Positions 55,887 to 64,000 of a stretch of 64,000 bases of DNA are shown here, one piece after another. Both the position numbers and the translations under genes were made by a program. Numbering within the stretch: the first letter of the stretch is position 1; every line of letters starts with the position of its first letter. Origin of the DNA: Vulcanimicrobiota bacterium (GTDB lineage: Bacteria; Vulcanimicrobiota; Vulcanimicrobiia; Eremiobacterales; Eremiobacteraceae); contig CAWETU010000001.1 of the NCBI GenBank assembly GCA_963812135.1, positions 1,536,001-1,600,000 on the forward strand, in the 5' to 3' direction. The notes under the pieces were generated by a model. It was not told the DNA's origin, ran no database searches, and saw only the letters and a program-made list of their open reading frames with translations.

Positions 55887-56354
55887 TTAGTCCGCGGGGC
55901 TGGGGCGCTGGATACGCAGGTGATTGCGGATCGTGCCTTCGGGCAGCGCCATCCGCGCGAGCAGGTCGGCGGTGTGCCACTCGACGTCGCTCTCGACCGC
56001 GCCTTGTAAGAGGATGATGTCGGCGACCGCGTCGACCGAGATGGCGCGCTTGCGCAGCAGCGGGTCGCGGCCGATCGCGCGGCGGATGCGCGTGATCGGC
56101 GAGCCGGAGGCGGCGACCGCGTCGCCGACGCGATCGATGACGTATTGCGTGAGGTCGGCGATCTTCGTGGCGGTGATACCGACAGCGAGGCCGATGCGCT
56201 CGCGATCGTTCGTGAGCACGTGCGTGAGACGATGTAAGCCGTGTCGCAGCCTTCGAACGAATTCGTTGCGGTTCTCGGCCGGGGCGAAGGCGACGCCCGT
56301 TGCGACGCCGAGGATGGCGGCTGCGGCGATCCCGCCGCCAAAACGATCGTTCAC
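55887..56354 (-). CDS. YtxH-like N-terminus plus BON-like domain protein
   Basis: ILGVATGVAFAP; ISVDAVADIILLQGAV..IRNHLRI. Confidence 0.6.
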   Translation of the reverse strand: MNDRFGGGIAAAAILGVATGVAFAPAENRNEFVRRLRHGLHRLTHVLTNDRERIGLAVGITATKIADLTQYVIDRVGDAVAASGSPITRIRRAIGRDPLLRKRAISVDAVADIILLQGAVESDVEWHTADLLARMALPEGTIRNHLRIQRPSPAD

Positions 56355-56401
56355 GTGGGGGTCCTATGGTCCCGCGAAATCGGTCGCGGGGACGAATGAT
56401 G

Positions 56402-56474
56402 TGCGTCGTGAGGGACTTGAACCCACAACCAACAGATTAAGAGTCTGCTGCTCTACCAGTTGAGCTAACGACGC
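56402..56474 (-). tRNA. tRNA-Lys(CTT)
   Basis: Cloverleaf, loop CT-CTT-AA. Confidence 0.93.
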
Positions 56475-56591
56475 GCGGGTGCGCTCTCGTAGTTCTTACC
56501 CGCTTACGGCGATTTCCTGTCGTCGCGAGGGGCGACTGGTGCGACGAAGAACTGGCTTCGCGATACGTCGGTGGCACGAGAGGAGTATCGC

Positions 56592-58724
56592 ATGCGACGT
56601 CTTTTCCTTCTTTTGAGCTTCTTGGTCGCCGTCGCTATTCCGGCGGCAGCCGCTGCGCTGAAGCCGCCGCCGACGGCGATCGTGAACGTGAGCACGACGT
56701 ATTGGGGCGTTGCGGTGGACGATCCGTATCGCTGGCTCGAAAACGCGTCGTCGCCCAAAGTCGGCGCGTGGATCGATGCGCAGAATTCGTATGCGGCTGA
56801 GGTGTTCGCTACGTTCAAGCACGCGGATGCGATCGGGCAGCGCTTGCGTGAGCTGGCGATAACCGGACCGCAATGGGCGAGCCCGAAGATCGCGGCCAGT
56901 ACGCTCTTCTATCTTCGCGAGACGCCGCCGGCGGCACAGCCGGTGCTCGTCGGCGCGCCGTGGCCGTCGGGAGCCGCGCGGGTGTTGGTCGACCCAAATC
57001 CGGCGGGCGGTTTGCTTTCGATCGAGGGTTACTGGCCGTCGCCGGACGGCAGATACGTCGCATATGCGACACAGGAGGCTGGAGCAGAGGTCACCTCGAT
57101 GCACGTTGTACGGGTGGCTGATGCCGTGATTCTTCCGGATACGCTGCCGGACGTCAGCAGCGGGGCGTCGACGGATGCGTTGGCGTGGGACGCGGATAGC
57201 CGAGGCTTTGTCGATACGCGCATGCCGCGGTCCGCGGGCGCTTCGAATGCGTCCTATTTCGACTCGAGTTTGTATCATCACCGTGTTGGTGATTCGTCAG
57301 CGGCGGATCAGCAGGCGTTGGGTCGCGGCTTCTCGCCGGTCGCTGAGTGGAACGCGATGGAATCCGCAGACGGGCGCGCTGTTGCGATGGTGCATTATGG
57401 TGACGGTTCGTACAGCGATATGTACGAGCGCGTCGGCACCGGTCCGTGGCGTAAAGTCGTTGACGCGTCGACCGGTCTGCTGGTCGGTGAGGACGAGACG
57501 AGCGTGACGACAGCGGCGTTCGTCGGTCCGGCATTGCTTGCGATCGAGACGACGAATGCGCCGCGAGGTGAGATCGTGGCAGTTTCAGGCAGCGCAGGTG
57601 CGCCTGATCATGTTCTGGTTGTTGAGCCGGCCGGTGGATGGGCGATTCGGGCGATCAGCGCGTTGCGCGGCGGGTTCCTGACGACGGAAGTAAATGGAGC
57701 CGATTGGCGCGTGCGCCAGTTCGATGGCGGCGGTAGGTTCGTGCGGACGGTCGCGCTGCCGGCGCGCGGCATCGGGATCGACGGCATCGCGGCTGACGAG
57801 AGCAGCGACCAGGCGGTCATCCAGTATTCCGGGTGGGTGATTCCGGATCACTGGGCGCGCTATGACACCAAGAGCGGTGTGTTGACGACGATCTATGCGC
57901 TCAAGCCGCCGGCGGATTATTCGGACGTGGAGTTCACCACGATGGACGCCATCTCAAAGGATGGCACGCGCGTGCCGATGACGGTGATCCATCGGCGCGG
58001 GATGCCGGCGAACGCGAGCGCCCCGGGGATTTTGACGGCGTATGGCGGCTATGGGCTCACGCAGAGCCCCTTCTTCATCGGTACGGCGCTGTTCTGGATC
58101 GAGCACGGCGGTGTGTACGCTCAGGCGTACATCCGCGGTGGCGGCGAGCACGGCGAGACGTGGCATCTCGATGGACGCCTCACGAAGAAACAAAACGATT
58201 ACGACGATTTCGCGGCGTGTTCGCAGGCTCTCGTGTCTTCAGGTTGGGTGGCTCCGGGTAGGTTGGGAATCGTTGGCGGGAGCAACGGCGGGTTGTTGAT
58301 GGGCGCGGCGCTGACGCAGCATCCGGCTCTGTATCGCGCGGTGGTGAGTTTTGCGGGCGATTACGACATGTTGCGCGTTGAGGACTCGCCGAACGGGCGA
58401 TACAACGTGACCGAGTTCGGCACCGTCAAAGACGAGGCGCAGTTCAAGGCGCTGTACGCGTACTCGCCGTACGACAACGTGCGTGCTGCGACGCCGTATC
58501 CGGCGGTCTTGATGATCGCGGGCGAGAACGATCCGCGCGTGGAGCCGTGGCAGTCGCGCAAGATGATCGCGCGTCTCCAGGCGGCGAACGGCGGAGCGCA
58601 ACCGATCATGCTGATCACGCGCAGACAAGCAGGGCACGGAATCGGCGCGTCGTTTAGCCAGCGGTTGGGAGACCGCTCCGCGGAGTACGTGTTCTTCGCG
58701 AACGAGCTCGGCTTGCGGTTCTAG
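56592..58724 (+). CDS. Secreted prolyl oligopeptidase (S9A)
   Basis: DPYRWLE, GGSNGG, ENDPRV, AGHG; RBS GAGGAG. Confidence 0.92.
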   Translation: MRRLFLLLSFLVAVAIPAAAAALKPPPTAIVNVSTTYWGVAVDDPYRWLENASSPKVGAWIDAQNSYAAEVFATFKHADAIGQRLRELAITGPQWASPKIAASTLFYLRETPPAAQPVLVGAPWPSGAARVLVDPNPAGGLLSIEGYWPSPDGRYVAYATQEAGAEVTSMHVVRVADAVILPDTLPDVSSGASTDALAWDADSRGFVDTRMPRSAGASNASYFDSSLYHHRVGDSSAADQQALGRGFSPVAEWNAMESADGRAVAMVHYGDGSYSDMYERVGTGPWRKVVDASTGLLVGEDETSVTTAAFVGPALLAIETTNAPRGEIVAVSGSAGAPDHVLVVEPAGGWAIRAISALRGGFLTTEVNGADWRVRQFDGGGRFVRTVALPARGIGIDGIAADESSDQAVIQYSGWVIPDHWARYDTKSGVLTTIYALKPPADYSDVEFTTMDAISKDGTRVPMTVIHRRGMPANASAPGILTAYGGYGLTQSPFFIGTALFWIEHGGVYAQAYIRGGGEHGETWHLDGRLTKKQNDYDDFAACSQALVSSGWVAPGRLGIVGGSNGGLLMGAALTQHPALYRAVVSFAGDYDMLRVEDSPNGRYNVTEFGTVKDEAQFKALYAYSPYDNVRAATPYPAVLMIAGENDPRVEPWQSRKMIARLQAANGGAQPIMLITRRQAGHGIGASFSQRLGDRSAEYVFFANELGLRF

Positions 58725-58736
58725 GCGGAAATGAAG

Positions 58737-58809
58737 TGCCCCGCGACGGACTTGAACCGTCAACCCTCGCCTTAAAAGGGCGATGCTCTACCGATTGAGC
58801 TAGCGGAGC
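58737..58809 (-). tRNA. tRNA-Lys(TTT)
   Basis: Cloverleaf, loop CT-TTT-AA. Confidence 0.92.
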
Positions 58810-58849
58810 CTGTTACGCGCCGACTCGTGCCGGAGCGCGTCGGCTTTTT

Positions 58850-58923
58850 CGCGCCTGGAGGGGCTCGAACCCCCAACCGCCAGATTCGAAGTCTGGAACT
58901 CTATCCAATTGAGCTACAGGCGC
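58850..58923 (-). tRNA. tRNA-Arg(TCG)
   Basis: Cloverleaf, loop CT-TCG-AA. Confidence 0.92.
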
Positions 58924-58930
58924 ATCGATG

Positions 58931-59005
58931 GGTGAATGACGGGGGTCGAACCCGCGACCTTCGGCGCCACAGGCCGACGCTCTAACCAACTGAGCTACAT
59001 TCACC
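58931..59005 (-). tRNA. tRNA-His(GTG)
   Basis: G-1:C73, loop CT-GTG-GC. Confidence 0.93.
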
Positions 59006-59117
59006 ATGCGAGGGGCGACGCCGCCTTTTCTCGTTTTGCCAGGCGCGTGCCTCTTGTTTGAGGGGAGCAACGTCGTGGCGTCGAACCACACTGCCCCATC
59101 GAATAGGCGGCAGTGAT

Positions 59118-59885
59118 ATGATCTTCGCAATAGCGCTTCTGCTTCTCGTGACGACGCCGGCCGCTGAGCCGCAACCGGCGGCTCCTCTGCGCGAGGTTGT
59201 ATACAGGGTGTCCTCGCTTCGGACGCAAGCGCTGTCGATCGAGACATACGGCGGATCGGTCGATAGCGGTTTGCCCCCCGGCGTTAATAACGGCAACACG
59301 GTCACGACCATCCACGAGCCACAGCCTACCGCACAGCGTCACGCCGTGCTCGATGAGGGCACGCTGATCATCGACGTCGTCGGCATCGAGCAGAATGTTA
59401 TCCGAGTGAGCGTCACGGAGAATTTCAAGAACCGGCCGACGGCGCGCACCTATGCGGCCTACGTGGCTCCAAACGGGCTGGTCAGATTCGACAACGAGGA
59501 TCCCAGCCCGATCGCACGATTCCTATTGCCTTTGTTCGGCACGAATTTCGCGGCCACTGAAACCTTCAATACCGGAGATTCCTGGCACGTCGATCTTAAG
59601 ACGACGGCCGTGGACGTCCAGAACATATTCACGATCGCAGGCCAAGATGGCGCGCTCTTGCTGCTTGACGAGCACGAGACTGTCAAACTCAACTCTGCGC
59701 GCGGCATGAACTATACCGGCACGGGCAAGATCAAGTACAAACCGTCGCTTTTGGTGCCGATCGTCGGCGATATCGAGGAGCACGGCGCCAGCAGCACGAT
59801 GGACAGTTCCACTGAGATGACGACGACCGTGCACTTTGAACGCATTTCTGATACTCGCGACACCACGCCGCCTTTACCGAAATGA
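59118..59885 (+). CDS. Exported hypothetical protein, paralog A
   Basis: Signal peptide; strong identity to 60079..60846. Confidence 0.8.
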   Translation: MIFAIALLLLVTTPAAEPQPAAPLREVVYRVSSLRTQALSIETYGGSVDSGLPPGVNNGNTVTTIHEPQPTAQRHAVLDEGTLIIDVVGIEQNVIRVSVTENFKNRPTARTYAAYVAPNGLVRFDNEDPSPIARFLLPLFGTNFAATETFNTGDSWHVDLKTTAVDVQNIFTIAGQDGALLLLDEHETVKLNSARGMNYTGTGKIKYKPSLLVPIVGDIEEHGASSTMDSSTEMTTTVHFERISDTRDTTPPLPK

Positions 59886-59909
59886 CCCTACGTTACAAAC
59901 CGACCTATG

Positions 59910-59983
59910 CGCGCCCGTTGGGGCTCGAACCCAAAACCTGCGGCTTAGAAGGCCGCTGCTCTATCCAGTTGAGCTACGGGCGC
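59910..59983 (-). tRNA. tRNA-Arg(TCT)
   Basis: Cloverleaf, loop CT-TCT-AA. Confidence 0.93.
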
Positions 59984-60078
59984 ATTGCTCCCCGGTGCGT
60001 GAGCATACTTCTTTGGCTTGAGGGGCGACACCCTCGACCAGCGAATGATGCAGGCAGGTCAGCCGGAGGTCGCGCGTT

Positions 60079-60846
60079 ATGATCGCAATGCTTGTGCTCG
60101 CCATCGTCGTCAGCAGTGCTCCGCCCGCGCCGCAGGCCACTCCGATGCGCGAAGTCGTCTATAAGGTCTCATCGCTTCATCGCGAGGATCTCGCGATCGA
60201 GACGTACGGCGGTCAGGTCGCGCAACAAAACGATGCGCCAGTGACCGGTGTAGGTCAGAGCCAGCCAGTCGCATCCGAACCTGGTCCGACCGCGAAGCAC
60301 AGCGCTTCTCTGCAAGAGGGAACGCTCACGGTGGACGTCCTCGGCGTTCAGCAAGATGTCATCCGGGTGAGCGTCACCGAGAATTTCAAAAGCAGCAGTG
60401 CGCCGGCGACATACGAGGCCTATATCGCGCCGAACGGGCTGGTACGATTCATGACCCAGGAACCAAGCTCGATCGCCCGTTACATGCTGCCGCTCTTCGG
60501 CACGAAGTTCGCAGCGACGTCGACACTCAACGCCGGCGACTCATGGCATGTGGATCTCAAGACAGACGCGGTCGACGTGCAGAACATCTTCACGATCAGC
60601 GGCCAGGATGGCAACGTTCTTTTGCTCGACGAGCGCGAGATCGTCAAGTTGAACGCGGCGCACGGCATGAACTACAACACGTATGGGAAGCTCAAGTACA
60701 AACCGTCACTGCTCGTGCCGATCGCTGGCGACATCAACGAGAAAGGGTCGCGCAGCACGATGGACAGCGTCGACACGCTCACGACGACCGTGCACTTCGA
60801 GCGCGTTTCCGATACACTGGACACCTCACCCGCGGCTCCGAAGTGA
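60079..60846 (+). CDS. Exported hypothetical protein, paralog B
   Basis: RBS GGAGG; shares REVVY, IETYGG, GDSWHVDLKT, KYKPSLLVPI with paralog A. Confidence 0.8.
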   Translation: MIAMLVLAIVVSSAPPAPQATPMREVVYKVSSLHREDLAIETYGGQVAQQNDAPVTGVGQSQPVASEPGPTAKHSASLQEGTLTVDVLGVQQDVIRVSVTENFKSSSAPATYEAYIAPNGLVRFMTQEPSSIARYMLPLFGTKFAATSTLNAGDSWHVDLKTDAVDVQNIFTISGQDGNVLLLDEREIVKLNAAHGMNYNTYGKLKYKPSLLVPIAGDINEKGSRSTMDSVDTLTTTVHFERVSDTLDTSPAAPK

Positions 60847-60870
60847 CGCCACAGTAGCGGGGCGAAAATT

Positions 60871-60897
60871 GAAGAGAAGCGGATTCCGCTTCTCTTC
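60871..60897. terminator. Hairpin between convergent paralog B and tRNA-Pro
   Basis: GAAGAGAAGCGG-ATT-CCGCTTCTCTTC. Confidence 0.7.
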
Positions 60898-60904
60898 TCA
60901 TATA

Positions 60905-60981
60905 TGGTCGGGCGGAGAAGACTCGAACTTCCGGCCTCTCGCTCCCAAAGCGAGCGCTCTACCAGGCTGAGCTACCGCCCG
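60905..60981 (-). tRNA. tRNA-Pro(TGG)
   Basis: Cloverleaf, loop TT-TGG-GA, encoded CCA. Confidence 0.95.
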
Positions 60982-61419
60982 TCATTTTCGTAACCTTGAG
61001 TTCGCCCAAAGTTCTCTAAACGTTTTTCGGCGATGGCAGTTCGCACACCGGACATCGCACTTCTGCATCTCCTCCATAAGAACCGCCTCGGTGGAGTTGT
61101 GAATCATTCTCGCAATTTCACCGTCCTTCTTGCCACGGACATGGTCAAACTCCAGAACCCTAATATCTGATTCACTACAATCCACACACGGGTGGTCCGC
61201 GAGCCATGCGTCGACGAGGCGCCGATTGCGTTTTCGGTGTACGACTTGCCGCTCGTACCGGCGCGTATTGTGAAGACGGAGGTTAGCGACGTAATGCTCC
61301 CTGCAGTAGCTCCGTTGACACGATTTGCAATATGATGTCAAAGAGTTGGTGCCGCGGTGTCGGCGGTTGAACTGCTCTGCGGGCTTCAGGGTTGCACATT
61401 TCGGACAGCGTTTCCACAT
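60982..61419 (-). CDS. Phage-type zinc-binding HNH-like endonuclease
   Basis: Four CxxC pairs; LEFDHV..KCDVRCANCHRRKT; lower GC. Confidence 0.8.
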   Translation of the reverse strand: MWKRCPKCATLKPAEQFNRRHRGTNSLTSYCKSCQRSYCREHYVANLRLHNTRRYERQVVHRKRNRRLVDAWLADHPCVDCSESDIRVLEFDHVRGKKDGEIARMIHNSTEAVLMEEMQKCDVRCANCHRRKTFRELWANSRLRK

Positions 61420-61431
61420 GCCCAGTAATCA

Positions 61432-61445
61432 CGCACTGATGTTCG
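61432..61445 (-). promoter_or_regulatory. LexA (Gram-positive type) box-like site
   Basis: CGAAC-ATCA-GTGCG, one mismatch to CGAAC-N4-GTTCG, just downstream of -35-like TAGACA. Confidence 0.5.
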
Positions 61446-61478
61446 GTTGTCTAGTCATATCACAAGGGGGATGGAGAA

Positions 61479-62081
61479 TTATTTTGGGTTCTCGAGTGCC
61501 GCGCGCAGGGCGCGGATCGCGCGGCCGCGATGGGAAATCGAATGCTTCCTCGCGATGTCGATCTCGCCGAACGTCGCGCCGAACGACGGATAATAAAAGA
61601 TAGGATCGTGGCCGAAGCCGCCCGATCCCCGTGCAGCTGGCGCGATCTCCCCTTCTACTTCTCCCCGAGCCGTGACCGGCTCTTGGCCGGGAACGACAAG
61701 CGCGCATACGCAGACGTATCGCGCGCGGCGGCTCACGTCGCCCAACGCGGTCAACCGATCCAGGATGTACTGGTTGCGCTCTTGGGCAGTCGCACTCGCC
61801 CACGGAGTCCGCGCCGAAAGCACGCCCGGCGCCCACCCGATCGCTTCAACTTCGATACCCGAATCGTCCGCCAGCGCCGGCCCGCCGGTGATCCGCGAAA
61901 GTTCGCGCGCTTTGAGCAGCGCGTTCTCCTCATACGTAGAGTAGCGCTCGTCAACCTCAGGATAGTCGTCACCCGGCAGCACCAAAGCGGGTGGCTGCGT
62001 GCCCCACAGCGTGACGATCTCGGCGAACTTATCCTTATTCTTGGTCGCCACCGCGATGGCGACGCGAGGATCTAGCCGCAC
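61479..62081 (-). CDS. rdgB: Non-canonical purine NTP pyrophosphatase
   Basis: ATKNKDK, ADDSG, GFGHDPIF, SHRG. Confidence 0.93.
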   Translation of the reverse strand: MRLDPRVAIAVATKNKDKFAEIVTLWGTQPPALVLPGDDYPEVDERYSTYEENALLKARELSRITGGPALADDSGIEVEAIGWAPGVLSARTPWASATAQERNQYILDRLTALGDVSRRARYVCVCALVVPGQEPVTARGEVEGEIAPAARGSGGFGHDPIFYYPSFGATFGEIDIARKHSISHRGRAIRALRAALENPK

Positions 62082-62090
62082 CCGGCGCGC

Positions 62091-63917
<1,827 letters not shown>

Positions 63918-64000
63918 ACGGAAATCAATCGGGAGACGTTAGCCACGTCTCCCGCGTTCGCTGCGGTCAACCAAGTCTCTTATCGAATGGCTGCGAGCTG

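Overview
High-GC bacterial chromosome segment, almost all on the minus strand. Gene content (PASTA kinase, SpoIID, RqcH, a long MCE protein, a Gram-positive-type LexA-like box) suggests a diderm Terrabacteria lineage such as Eremiobacterota; this is inference only. Housekeeping blocks are mlaEFD-rph-glmS-gmk, rqcH, a tightly coupled run pyrR-pyrB-pyrC-carA-carB-pbp-pknB-ruvCAB-spoIID-queA, valS, tig-clpP-clpX, acs/satP, rdgB and lepA, plus eight tRNA genes. Two accessory blocks are each built around a large ATPase-TPR transcription regulator. (i) 9-16 kb: SARP/BTAD regulator, DNRLRE-like secreted protein, 64-aa partner and a multicopper oxidase with permuted copper motifs; SARP-type direct repeats sit 8 nt above both target -10 boxes. 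(ii) 37.7-46.5 kb: LuxR-HTH/ATPase/TPR regulator, two TonB-C-domain paralogs, two Vgb-like propeller lipoproteins, an ASCH protein and an S8 protease. In (ii), four promoters share a 10-bp-period direct repeat exactly 23 nt above a TANNNT box, and both TonB genes carry a conserved, co-varying structured 5' leader that I cannot assign to a known riboswitch. This is the best candidate for an undescribed system. Other points: a phage-type HNH gene with a LexA-like box abutting tRNA-Pro, GTAG-type REP hairpins translated in the RuvA tail, and about nine frameshifted genes that are probably read/assembly indels.
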